DNA of 47,124 nt, from the NCBI GenBank assembly GCA_003552325.1, contig PUKM01000007.1, positions 1-47,124 of the forward strand, read 5' to 3'. The notes under the pieces were generated by a model that was not told where the DNA came from, made no database searches, and was given only the letters and a program-made list of their open reading frames with translations. The stretch comes from Natrialbaceae archaeon. Lineage in GTDB: Archaea; Halobacteriota; Halobacteria; Halobacteriales; Natrialbaceae. Every line of letters begins with the position of its first letter. The stretch's first letter is position 1. The position numbers were made by a program, and so were the translations under genes. Below, piece by piece: positions 1 through 9,498 of this stretch.

Positions 1-260
1 AAGCGGCTGTGTTAGGCACGCCGACAGTTCGATTGAGTGCCTTCGATCGAGAGAGAGAACTCATGAACTTTAGAGAACTCTCCGAGCGGTACGATCTGTT
101 AGTAACCACATCGGAGCCAACGGAAGCGATCAACGTCTCGACCGCGCTCGTCCGTGACCCAGCAACGAGTCAGAGGTGGGAAGAAAACCGGTCTCGGTTG
201 CTCGCCGAGAAGATCGACGTCACTTCGTTTATTCTGTCCTGTATTCGCGACGCTCGGTAG
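1..260 (+). CDS. DUF354-like protein, C-terminal part (5'-truncated by window edge)
   Basis: Frame open from the window start: AAVLGTPTVR...LLAEKIDVT resembles the EAAxLGTP motif and C-terminus of DUF354 (glycosyltransferase-fold) proteins. Confidence 0.65.
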   Translation, partial: AAVLGTPTVRLSAFDRERELMNFRELSERYDLLVTTSEPTEAINVSTALVRDPATSQRWEENRSRLLAEKIDVTSFILSCIRDAR

Positions 261-380
261 GTGCTCCTCGAGTACGGGTAGCGGGTTTCAACACGCTGAA
301 TAGTCGGTGCCGTCTGTATATCTCATTATCTGTAGTACATACTGCAGATTGTCTTTGAAATTTGCAGATTACTCGGAGTA

Positions 381-393
381 AAAGTTTATAAAT
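381..393 (+). promoter_or_regulatory. BRE/TATA promoter of the lyase-like gene
   Basis: AAAGTTTTATAAA ending ~23 nt before ATG 416; palindrome TTACTC-G-GAGTAA (369-381) directly upstream. Confidence 0.6.
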
Positions 394-415
394 CATTGCC
401 CAAGCCGTTCTTTCG

Positions 416-1312
416 ATGGCAGATAAACGACCGCGTTCTACACAACATGCTGTTACCCGGACCGAAGACATCGGCGGAACGTCACGACGCTCGGTATTGA
501 AAACGATCGGTGCATCCGCGGTGGGTGTCACTGCACTGCTTCCCTGGACGGCACAGGCGACAGACACCTGGCAACGGGAGTCGATTCGAATCGATTACGA
601 TGACTACGACGAGCCGGCGGACGTCTACGACATTTCGGACGTCCGTTCGAATCAGGCACCGGTGTTCGACGCCGACCCGACGGATGCGGATAATCGAGTC
701 TTATCGACCACGTTCGATGGGTCACAGAAGACGGCGAACATCGGGTATGACTTCACAGACCACATGACAACGGACGAAGTCTACTCTCGGATCATGTATC
801 ACCCGAACGACGTGACGATCGCCGACTCCGGCACCCTCCGTTTCTACTGGGCTGGCGTTCGCTCGGGATCGAATAACTCGGGGGTAAACGGTGCCCCGAC
901 CGGGAACGATGGATGGACAAACGCACTCAGTATCGCTCACCGTGGCAACCACGACCATCCCGACGGGTATACACTCTCGCTGTACACCTATCACATGGAC
1001 CAACCCAGCACGTCCGGCGAAGTGTTTCGATCGGACGGCGTCGTCGCTGTCGATCAGTGGAACGAAATCGAGTGTTACCAGCGTCTCAACTCCTACCAGA
1101 ACGGGACTGCTAACGCCGATGGGATCTTCCGACTCTGGCTCGATGGCGAACTGGTGTTCGAAAAAGACGATTTCAGATGGGTGAGTGAATCAGGTCAGGA
1201 GGCAGACTACGTCGGCCCAGTTGGCTACTGGTACATGTCGGACCAGCAAGGCCAGACGATGTACTACGACGAGCACGAAATCGTTCTCGGTGGCATGCCG
1301 TGGGTTCGGTAA
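416..1312 (+). CDS. Tat-exported polysaccharide-lyase-like (beta-jelly-roll) protein, copy 1
   Basis: SRRSVLK twin-arginine signal; YTYHMDQ...WNEIECYQRLN...NADGIFRLWLDGELVF typical of polysaccharide-lyase-like domains. Confidence 0.65.
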   Translation: MADKRPRSTQHAVTRTEDIGGTSRRSVLKTIGASAVGVTALLPWTAQATDTWQRESIRIDYDDYDEPADVYDISDVRSNQAPVFDADPTDADNRVLSTTFDGSQKTANIGYDFTDHMTTDEVYSRIMYHPNDVTIADSGTLRFYWAGVRSGSNNSGVNGAPTGNDGWTNALSIAHRGNHDHPDGYTLSLYTYHMDQPSTSGEVFRSDGVVAVDQWNEIECYQRLNSYQNGTANADGIFRLWLDGELVFEKDDFRWVSESGQEADYVGPVGYWYMSDQQGQTMYYDEHEIVLGGMPWVR

Positions 1313-1431
1313 CGTTCCTTCCCTATCGACGAGAGAATTGCTCGTGTCTGTGATTGTCACGGTCTTCTGATTTAAACGCTACCTCATTGCAACAGTGACG
1401 CTTTGCGAGTATACTCATTTTACCGGAGTAC

Positions 1432-2790
1432 ATGGCACGCGAACGAGCAGCGGATACATCCGAAACCGACAGCGACGCACACACCCACTCACTCAATCGG
1501 AGACGGTTCTTACGGACGAGCACCGTCGCCGTTGGTGGCCTGGCACTGCTTGGCGGGCAGGTGAGTGCCTCCAGTACGGAGGACGAATCGGTACGAATCA
1601 CCCTCGATTACGACGACTACGACGACCCCTCGGAGCTGTACAACATCTTTGACGTCCGTACGAACCAGGAGCCGCGGTTCAGTTCATCCCGGACGTACAC
1701 TGGCAATTCGGCCCTCGAGACAACGTTCGATGGCAATCAAAAGACCGCGAACATCGCGTACGAATTCGGCGAGCACGGCTATGAAACCTATCAAGATGAA
1801 GTCTACTCGAGATTCCAGTTCCACCCCGACAACGTCACCATCGAGGAAAGTGGGACGTTGCGTTTTTATTGGGCCGGCGTGAGACAGGGGCCCCAAAACT
1901 CGGGCGTCAACGGGGCTCCCTCCGGCGACGACGGTTGGACGATTGCACTCAGTTTAGCCCACAGGGGGGCGCACGAGCACCCTGATGGGTACACGCTTTC
2001 AGTCTACACCTATCACATGGATCAGCCGGGGAGTGCCGGCGAATCGTTCCGCACTGAGGGGGTCGTCGATGTCGATCGGTGGAACGAGATCGAGTGCTAT
2101 CAACGCATCAATACCTACCAGAATGGGACCGCCAACGCCGACGGGATATTCCGTCTCTGGCTCGATGGCGAACTCGTCTTCGAAAAAGAAGACTTCCGGT
2201 GGGTGACTGCAGACGACCAAGGTGTCCAGTACGTCGGCCCACTGGGGTACTGGTACCTTTCGGACCAACAGGGTCAGTCGTTGTACTACGATGATCACGA
2301 AATTCACCTCAATGGGGCCCGAGAACCAGAGCCGTACCCACTCGAGGAGTACGAGGATCGATTGACGTACCGCGATCCTGGCGAAGAGACGTCGTATCGG
2401 TTCTATGTCGACGGCGAGATCATCCAACACGACTGGAGTCAGGCTACCGAAAACGAGACCGTCGAAATCGATTCTGATGGTGACTATCAGGTCGTCACTG
2501 CAACCTCTCCCGCAGAGAACGTCGACGGGTACGTGTTCACTGGCGATCTCGTCGCGATCGATACCGACGGTGACCCACGAATCTGGATCTCCGGTGAACG
2601 CGTCGACCTCGAGGAGTACCCGTCCACCCCACCGTCTGCGGACGAGGAAGACGATGTCGTCGACGCGTATCGGAACGCCGACGGTGACGTCGATAACATG
2701 GGCTTACTCGAGGCACTCGAGGATTACCGCAACGACGACCTCTCGGCGACGGAGTTCCTCGATGTCCGCGACGAGTGGCGCTCGAACTAG
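1432..2790 (+). CDS. Tat-exported polysaccharide-lyase-like protein, copy 2, with extra C-terminal modules
   Basis: NRRRFLR signal; strongly similar to 416..1312; extra beta-rich domain and dockerin-like tail (YRNADGDVDNMGLLEALEDYR...WRS). Confidence 0.65.
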   Translation: MARERAADTSETDSDAHTHSLNRRRFLRTSTVAVGGLALLGGQVSASSTEDESVRITLDYDDYDDPSELYNIFDVRTNQEPRFSSSRTYTGNSALETTFDGNQKTANIAYEFGEHGYETYQDEVYSRFQFHPDNVTIEESGTLRFYWAGVRQGPQNSGVNGAPSGDDGWTIALSLAHRGAHEHPDGYTLSVYTYHMDQPGSAGESFRTEGVVDVDRWNEIECYQRINTYQNGTANADGIFRLWLDGELVFEKEDFRWVTADDQGVQYVGPLGYWYLSDQQGQSLYYDDHEIHLNGAREPEPYPLEEYEDRLTYRDPGEETSYRFYVDGEIIQHDWSQATENETVEIDSDGDYQVVTATSPAENVDGYVFTGDLVAIDTDGDPRIWISGERVDLEEYPSTPPSADEEDDVVDAYRNADGDVDNMGLLEALEDYRNDDLSATEFLDVRDEWRSN

Positions 2791-2886
2791 AACAGTATCC
2801 CCTGGCCGGTCCCCCGTTTTCGGCTGCTAACTGCACTGGAAGAACCAGCACCCCATTTTAACCACCCCTGTAACGTATCGTCGGGT

Positions 2887-3321
2887 ATGGCAAAACGTAT
2901 CCTCGTCCCCGTCGACGAATCTGACCGCGCAACTGACGCCCTCGAGTTCGCCCTCAACGAGTTCCCGGACGCGACGGTCATCGCACTCCACGTCCTCGAC
3001 CCGGCGGATATGTACGGGGCCTCCGGCTTCGAGGGTGGGGCCATGGTCAACTACGACGAGTTGCACAAACAGAACCGGGCCCGGGGAGAGACCCTCCTCG
3101 AGAAGTTCGAAGCACACGCCGAGGAACGGGGTGAGACGTGTGAGACGGACATCGTCGTCGGGAGCGTTGCCCGCTCGGTCGTCGACTACGCCGAGGAGAA
3201 CGAAGTCGATCAGATCGTCATCGGCAGCCACGGCCGGACCGGTGCGAGCCGAATCCTGCTCGGGAGCGTCGCCGAGACCGTCGCTCGACGATCGCCGGTT
3301 CCCGTGACGATCGTCAGATAG
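2887..3321 (+). CDS. Universal stress protein (UspA family)
   Basis: RILVPVDES...IVIGSHGRTG...LLGSVAETVARRSPVPVTIVR; TTTTAA at ~2856. Confidence 0.95.
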   Translation: MAKRILVPVDESDRATDALEFALNEFPDATVIALHVLDPADMYGASGFEGGAMVNYDELHKQNRARGETLLEKFEAHAEERGETCETDIVVGSVARSVVDYAEENEVDQIVIGSHGRTGASRILLGSVAETVARRSPVPVTIVR

Positions 3322-3604
3322 CGTCGGCGTCCTCGAGCACTGACTGGACCCACGTCGCGTGTGCGGTGGTCCGTTCGGCACCGACCGCCGTCAGGGAGTA
3401 CACGTCATGTAATCCTTCCGGTGTCTGCTCGACGTCTCCCGCGTCCACCAGCGCCGAGAGCGAACCATAGAACGCCTTGGGCTCGAGGCGTTGGTCGTAG
3501 TGTGCCTCGAGGGCTGTTTTGAGTTCCTGCCCGCGCGCACGCTCGAGTTCGAGGAGCAGGATGCAGATATCTCGGCGTCGCCCGCTCTGTAGCCACTTGC
3601 TCAT
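3314..3604 (-). CDS. PadR-like winged-helix protein
   Basis: MSKWLQSGRRRDIC...GQELKTALEAHYD...FYGSLSALVDAG...YSLT; start placed at ATG 3604. Confidence 0.7.
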   Translation of the reverse strand: MSKWLQSGRRRDICILLLELERARGQELKTALEAHYDQRLEPKAFYGSLSALVDAGDVEQTPEGLHDVYSLTAVGAERTTAHATWVQSVLEDADAI

Positions 3605-3750
3605 ATCGGGGTCGTGGGTCGCCTGCGTCACAGCCGTTACGATTTCTCGAGGTGTGGGAGACGGATCAACTCATACTGTTGGCTGTAACTGTGTAACGAT
3701 TCTCGCCACCCGGGGAGGCGAGAGTCGTGAACGACGTACAGCCGACAGTA

Positions 3751-5112
3751 TCAGAAGTAGCCGAACAACGTCCCGACGAGGACGAAACCCCACATGGCCA
3801 CTCCCGCGATGAGCATGTCGTTGAGCCGCGATTCCCGAGTCGCCCGTCTGGCCGCACCGCCAGCGATCAGTCCGAGGGCGATGATGACGAGCATCCGCTG
3901 GAGGACGACATCCACGGGCAGGGAGTTGACTTCCATCAGGCCGTAATCGAGCCAGATTGCGAGCGCGAGCGAAAGCGAGGCGGCGACGGCAGCATCGAGT
4001 CGGCGCTCGAGCCCGCTCGCGATCGCGTACGTCGCAATCGGAATCCCGAGGGCGATGACGGGATACAGGAGCGCGGCGATCATGTGCATGGTCAGGAAGT
4101 CGGTCCATCGCTCCAGGGCGATGCCGACGATCCGCACGCCGAGGAACATCGCCAGGATGGTCATCGCGAGGATGAGGTGGCGTGCCTCGACCCGATCGTA
4201 GGCGGCCTCGAGTCGTCGCCGATCGACAGCCGTCAGGTTGTCTTCGACGGCGTCGGGCGTGTGTTCTCGTATTGTGGCTTTGCCGCGGCTTCCCGCCATC
4301 CCGAACAGGAGGACGAGCATGCCGACGAGGTCGACTTTCGTCGCCCAGCCGTCGGCATCGGAGGGACCGGTGTTGCCGACGTTGATTCTGACGACATCCT
4401 CCTGTGGATCGACGCCGGGGAGGTCCATGAACTCCTGTTCGATGGCCAGTTGGGCACTTTCGACGCCGTCGACACGATGGCGGAGGGTGAACCAGTCGAA
4501 GTGTTCGGTGTGGCCCTGCATCGCGACCCACTTGTCATCGCTGTTTGGACTCTCGTACAGGCGGATGTGCATCCGTTCGCCGTAGTAGTCGCCGTCGTCG
4601 AGTTGAAGGGTCTCGGTTACCCATTGTGGGTCGTCCCCACCTGGATCGATCCACGCGTATCGGGTTGTTCCAGCGGCTTCGCCCCACTGGGTGCCGGTGG
4701 CATGATGGCCTTCGTCTTCGATGAACGCGAACGTTTCAGGCTCGGCGTCCATCTCCTCCTCATCCATCTCTTCCCAGTCGCCCTCGCCTTCCTCGGTGAG
4801 GAGGTGGACAACCTCACTCGAGTTGCCTCGAACGAAGACGTTGAGCGGGCTTCGCTTGTCGTGGGCCTCTCGAGCGCTCATAAACGCCCAGATGGCGCTG
4901 TCTGAACCCTCGAACTCGACCAGTTCGATCTCCGGTTCATCGGTTTCTTCGGGAGCCACGTCGCTCGTGGAGGGTGAGAAGAACAGCGAGGGCCCACCCA
5001 TAACCACGAACGCGATTGCCAACAGGACGACGCCAACCACGATCGAACGACGCATTACCCCCGGAATAGGAAGACTGTCTATATGAATGTCTGGTTCGGG
5101 TGAGGGGGCCAC
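3751..5112 (-). CDS. Membrane protein with extracellular domain (LssY_C-like) and C-terminal multi-TM region
   Basis: N-terminal TM, acidic soluble domain (PLNVFVRG...RMHIRLYE), then ~6 hydrophobic segments; function unknown. Confidence 0.6.
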   Translation of the reverse strand: MAPSPEPDIHIDSLPIPGVMRRSIVVGVVLLAIAFVVMGGPSLFFSPSTSDVAPEETDEPEIELVEFEGSDSAIWAFMSAREAHDKRSPLNVFVRGNSSEVVHLLTEEGEGDWEEMDEEEMDAEPETFAFIEDEGHHATGTQWGEAAGTTRYAWIDPGGDDPQWVTETLQLDDGDYYGERMHIRLYESPNSDDKWVAMQGHTEHFDWFTLRHRVDGVESAQLAIEQEFMDLPGVDPQEDVVRINVGNTGPSDADGWATKVDLVGMLVLLFGMAGSRGKATIREHTPDAVEDNLTAVDRRRLEAAYDRVEARHLILAMTILAMFLGVRIVGIALERWTDFLTMHMIAALLYPVIALGIPIATYAIASGLERRLDAAVAASLSLALAIWLDYGLMEVNSLPVDVVLQRMLVIIALGLIAGGAARRATRESRLNDMLIAGVAMWGFVLVGTLFGYF

Positions 5113-5239
5113 ACGAACACGTTCTCAGGGACAGTTTCTGCGTCCGGAGAGCGGCCCCATCGGTGATGGAGCGGTCTGCTCGAGGGTCGGTCGTCTCAGC
5201 GTCGACTTCTGGGACGCTCCAGAGGACGGACGAACCCGC

Positions 5240-5668
5240 TCAGGCGTCCGCTCCAACGGTCAACACGGGCGTCCGTGCCGTCCGAAAGACGCGTTCGGAG
5301 ACGCTGCCTACGACGTTTTTCTCGTAGTTGTCGCCACTCGTTCCCATCACGATCAGGTCAGCGTCGACATCGTCCGCACACGCGAGGATACACTCGGCAG
5401 GGCTGCCGGTATCGACAACGATCCGTGCCTCGAGACCGGCGTCAGCGGCAATCGACGCCGCAGTCTCGGCTGCCTCTCGAGCGCGGGTACGGAGTTCGTT
5501 TCGGACTGATTGGACGTGGTCATCGCCGAGGACCAAAAAAGCGCGGTCGTCGACGACGGAGACGATGGTCAACGTGGCGTCACGAGTCTGTGCGATGTCG
5601 ACTGCGTGGGCGGCGACGGTCTCGGCGTGATCGCTTCCGTCGGTGGCAAGGAGAATCCGATCGTACAT
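5240..5668 (-). CDS. Universal stress protein (UspA family)
   Basis: MYDRILLATDGS...DLIVMGT...VGSVSERVFRTARTPVLTV. Confidence 0.93.
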   Translation of the reverse strand: MYDRILLATDGSDHAETVAAHAVDIAQTRDATLTIVSVVDDRAFLVLGDDHVQSVRNELRTRAREAAETAASIAADAGLEARIVVDTGSPAECILACADDVDADLIVMGTSGDNYEKNVVGSVSERVFRTARTPVLTVGADA

Positions 5669-5841
5669 CACGTGAATGTCGTGTGGCGCCCTAAATGAGT
5701 CTCTCTATTGTGTGTGCGCGTTTCGGTGGGAACTGTTCGCTTCAGGTTTTCCCCCCTCACGTGCGAACCCCTGCTCATCAGTCGCGCTCTCGGTGAACCG
5801 GATGATCGTTCATCACATAGCGGCTGCCCATCCGTCAGGTA

Positions 5842-5908
5842 TTCCCAGGCCATGGGAAAATGGGTACTCGCTTTTGAGTACACCTTCCATACGATTAGAT
5901 AGAAGGTG
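5842..5908. promoter_or_regulatory. Three inverted repeats upstream of the DoxX gene
   Basis: TTCCCA-N5-TGGGAA (5842-5858), GTACTC-N6-GAGTAC (5864-5881), CACCTTC...GAAGGTG (5881-5908). Confidence 0.45.
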
Positions 5909-5915
5909 ACTGACA

Positions 5916-6479
5916 ATGTCCACAAACACCCAAAACCGATTCGAAAGCCGATACGCCGGAATTACCCTCGAGGGGCAGCCCCACGCGCTGTCGGCGTGGT
6001 TCGTGGTTGCGCTGCGATTGCTGATGGGTGGGATGATGCTGTTCGCGGGTCTCGGGAAGTACGCGTTCATCAGCGGTGAGGGGTTCAACGCCGCTGGCTT
6101 CCTGGCGAACGTCGATCCGGCGAGTCCGGTGAGCGGGCTATACGCGGCGATGGCGGCGAACCCGACGCTGATCGAGGTCGTGAACGTGATCATCCCGGCG
6201 ACGCAGGTCCTGATCGGGGTTGCGCTGATCGTCGGTGGCCTGCTCCGACTGGCCGCCCTCGGTGGCGCACTCCAGATGTTCGCGTTCTACCTCGGCGGCT
6301 GGGAAGGCGACATCCTGGCGGCGTTCGATTCGACGCTCATCTACGCCGTGTTGTTCATGGCATTGGCAGCGTTCGGGGCCGGACGCATCCTCGGCGCTGA
6401 CAAATACATCGAGCAACTCCAGGTCGGCAACCAGAAACTCATCGAGCGCTTCCCGAAACTGCGGTACATCCTCGGGTAA
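5916..6479 (+). CDS. DoxX/DoxD family membrane protein
   Basis: LRLLMGGMMLFAGLGK; LIGVALIVGGLLRLAA; GAGRILGAD; SD-like GAAGGTGA upstream. Confidence 0.85.
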   Translation: MSTNTQNRFESRYAGITLEGQPHALSAWFVVALRLLMGGMMLFAGLGKYAFISGEGFNAAGFLANVDPASPVSGLYAAMAANPTLIEVVNVIIPATQVLIGVALIVGGLLRLAALGGALQMFAFYLGGWEGDILAAFDSTLIYAVLFMALAAFGAGRILGADKYIEQLQVGNQKLIERFPKLRYILG

Positions 6480-6712
6480 CCTCCCAGGCACTGTTCGGGC
6501 CGCTCCTCGTTTTTCACACCCACACCCACTCGAGTGCAACGACGCCGTGCTTACTGTTCAGCGTCGTTGCTCGAGTGTGTAACTCGCATCTAGACGGGAG
6601 CCCCAGGACGATGAACGTTCTTGCCCGCTCACTCGAAGAGGCTGCAGTCGGCGGCTTTCGAGCGCGCAGGCACATAACGTGGGTTTTTAGCCTCCGGCAC
6701 GAAACGGCGGGT

Positions 6713-7540
6713 ATGGCAGTCGTCGGTATCGTCGCCCAACGAGGAAACGACCGTGCACACCGACTCGCGACCGCCCTCACCAACCTGATTCGTGAACACG
6801 GTGACGACCCGCTGGTCGATGCCGAAACGGGGGCGGTGGTCGACGCCCCGTCGGCCCCGGTCGCTGCGATGAACGAGTGTGCCTTCGTCGTGAGCATCGG
6901 TGGTGACGGGACGTTCCTCTTCGTTGCCCGGGAGGCCGGCGGCGTCCCCCTCGTCGGGGTCAATCTCGGGGAAGTCGGCTTTCTCAACGCGATTTCTCCA
7001 CCCGATGCGATCGAAGCCGTCGGGTCGTTGCTCGAGGAACTCACGGAGACCGGGACGGTCGGTGGCCGGACCGTCAATCGGGTCCAGGCACACGGCGACG
7101 GCTGGTCGCTCGAGCCGGCACTAAACGAAATCTTAGTTCACGGCCCGAAACGCGGGCCGGCGGGTGGGGCGTCGATCTCGGTCGCTGTCGATGGCGAGCC
7201 CTATGCCTCGGGGTGGACGGATGGGGTTCTCGTCGCGACCCCGACAGGGTCGACGGCGTACAACTTGAGCGAGGGTGGCCCGCTCGTGCAGCCGCCCCTC
7301 GGTGCACTGGTGATTACACAGATGTGCGCCCGTGAGACGATGCCACCGCTCGTGGTTGGCGATGATCGAGAAATCACGTTGCAGGTGAGCGACGCCGAGA
7401 CCGCCTGGGCGATCAGTGACGGGCGCAACCGACGAGCGCTCGAGCCTCCCACCACGGTTCGCGTGACGGTCGCGGATGAGCCACTCACGTTAGCGGGGCC
7501 GCCGGTCAATTTTTTCGATGCGTTAGAAAAACTCGAGTGA
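6713..7540 (+). CDS. nadK: NAD(+)/NADH kinase
   Basis: GGDGT, GVNLGEVGFL, ALNE and TPTGSTAY motifs; start at ATG 6713 downstream of TTTTTA. Confidence 0.93.
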   Translation: MAVVGIVAQRGNDRAHRLATALTNLIREHGDDPLVDAETGAVVDAPSAPVAAMNECAFVVSIGGDGTFLFVAREAGGVPLVGVNLGEVGFLNAISPPDAIEAVGSLLEELTETGTVGGRTVNRVQAHGDGWSLEPALNEILVHGPKRGPAGGASISVAVDGEPYASGWTDGVLVATPTGSTAYNLSEGGPLVQPPLGALVITQMCARETMPPLVVGDDREITLQVSDAETAWAISDGRNRRALEPPTTVRVTVADEPLTLAGPPVNFFDALEKLE

Positions 7541-7560
7541 ACGCCGGTTAGTGGTCCTCG

Positions 7561-8304
7561 TCACTCTCCACCCGGCTGTGCTGGCTCGTCCTCACCACTG
7601 GTTGTCTGCTGCTCGCGAAGCGGGAGGTTCGGGTCACGATACGGGGTGCGTCCGTAGGCGGGCAACTCGTCTCCAAGCTGGGCTTTGACCGTTCGACGGA
7701 GTCGGTTGAGTGCGGTCGTATCCAGCCCATGGTCGGCGGCGAGCCGTTTGAACGTCGCGTCGTCAGTGATGTCGTGGGCCCGATACTGAGCAAACAGTTC
7801 GTCCATCCGATCCGGGGAGAGTGAGCCGACGTCGAGATCATCGAGGCCGAAATACGCCTGCCGGTCGACGTCGACGACGTGCCGGATGACTACGAGTGCC
7901 ACCGTCGCGATTGCCCGCTGGCTCCCGAACGCGGTCAGATCGAGTTCGTCCATCACCCCTAGCGCCACGTCACGCTGCCACGGCGTGACCTCGAGGACGT
8001 TACAGAGTGCCTGTGTCGTTCGCAGGCGGTCCAGCCGGTGGGCGCGCTCGGCGTAGCCAGGAGTCGCGGGGTGTTGTTCGTCGTGCAGTCGGCGGGCACC
8101 GGGAGAGAGGTCGCCATCACCCGTCGGCCGGCCAATGACGGTGGCACTCGGCGTGATCACGCCCCACTGACGGACGGTCGCATCACGCTGATGGTCTGCC
8201 CGGGAAAGTGCGCCGGAACCAGGCCGTCTCTCGAGACGTCGGCCGGTGCCGTCACCGACGCCTGTTTCCTCGGGAGGCTGACCCGGGACGCCATGCTGGC
8301 TCAT
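7561..8304 (-). CDS. Haloarchaeal 'RNA polymerase subunit epsilon'-type / TFIIB-cyclin-like protein
   Basis: HRLDRLRTTQALCN..TPWQRDVALGVMDELDLTAFGSQR recalled as conserved in haloarchaeal proteins carrying this annotation. Confidence 0.6.
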   Translation of the reverse strand: MSQHGVPGQPPEETGVGDGTGRRLERRPGSGALSRADHQRDATVRQWGVITPSATVIGRPTGDGDLSPGARRLHDEQHPATPGYAERAHRLDRLRTTQALCNVLEVTPWQRDVALGVMDELDLTAFGSQRAIATVALVVIRHVVDVDRQAYFGLDDLDVGSLSPDRMDELFAQYRAHDITDDATFKRLAADHGLDTTALNRLRRTVKAQLGDELPAYGRTPYRDPNLPLREQQTTSGEDEPAQPGGE

Positions 8305-8518
8305 CGTATCCCAAATCGAACCCAGAGCGGTAAAAAGGCTTGCTCGAGTGTCATCCGTCTACAGTGTACCGGTACTCGAAGAAACCCGTTGCTTGAGGAT
8401 GAAGCCACACAAAATGCCCTTCATAGCTTTACCTTGTGACGAGAGGTACTTAAATGAGGACGCTCCCCCACACGCGTCGACAGGAATCCTTTTTTATCGT
8501 TTCTGAGTGGCCGGTAGT

Positions 8519-9379
8519 ATGCGACTCGAGGGGGCCAGCGAATCGGTTCACGCGAGCGTCCCGGAGGCATACGTCGACGCCGTGGTTGCGATCACTGATC
8601 TCGGCAGCCCAACGGTGATGATGTTTCTCCTCGCAACGGTGTACTGGCTCTTCGACCGCGAGCGGACAGTACTGGTCATCGGCTACGCCTTCGTCGGCGT
8701 CGTCCTGTTGATCACGATCAAGGCCGTACTCGGCATGCCTCGGCCTCCGGAATCGGCCTTTTTGATCGAACTCGACGGCGACGAGTACGGCTTTCCCAGT
8801 GGGCACACCTTCGCCGCTGTCATCGTCTACGGCGGACTGCTCGTAGTATTCGAGAAAACCCGTTCCCTGCTCGCGGTTTCGGCCGTCACCCTCCTGGTCA
8901 CCCTGATCGGACTCTCGAGGGTCGTCCTCGGTTTGCACTACCTCGGTGATATCCTCGCGGGTGCGGCGTTGGGAATCCTCGTCCTGGTGTGTCTCGAGTA
9001 TCTAACACAGAGTGACCCCCGGCGGGCGTTTGCCCTCGCGACGGTTCTCGCGTTTCCGGCACTCATCGCTACGGGCGTCGACGAGTACGCGCTCCTGGGT
9101 CTCGGCGGCGCACTCGGGGGGGTCATCGCGTCCGGTGCCGTCTCGACCCTTCCGCCGCTTCGGTCGAAACTCGAGGGCGCTGTCGTCTTCATCGCCGGGT
9201 GTACGTTCGTCCTGGTGCTCGAGGGTGCGACGGGACGCGTCCTCGCAATCGCCGACAGCAGTGGTGGCATGCTCGGCGTCGCTATCCTCGTGGGGGCCGT
9301 CGGCTTATTCGCGGTGCAGGTCGCGGGAATTCTCCTCGCCCCGGCGCTCGCTCGTTGGGTGCCGGCGACGTCACTATAG
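8519..9379 (+). CDS. PAP2 family membrane phosphatase
   Basis: KxxxxxPRP, FPSGH and SRVVLGLHYLGD motifs; TTTTTTAT ~25 nt upstream of ATG 8519. Confidence 0.92.
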   Translation: MRLEGASESVHASVPEAYVDAVVAITDLGSPTVMMFLLATVYWLFDRERTVLVIGYAFVGVVLLITIKAVLGMPRPPESAFLIELDGDEYGFPSGHTFAAVIVYGGLLVVFEKTRSLLAVSAVTLLVTLIGLSRVVLGLHYLGDILAGAALGILVLVCLEYLTQSDPRRAFALATVLAFPALIATGVDEYALLGLGGALGGVIASGAVSTLPPLRSKLEGAVVFIAGCTFVLVLEGATGRVLAIADSSGGMLGVAILVGAVGLFAVQVAGILLAPALARWVPATSL

Positions 9380-9498
9380 TACCAACTGAAACGGTTCACA
9401 CACTGATCGCCGATACGTCTGGCGATCAGGTGTGCAATGACTTGCAGTGGCTACGATAGCCTCCGAGCACTAACCGAATGGAGAGGAGAAAGCGGCCG

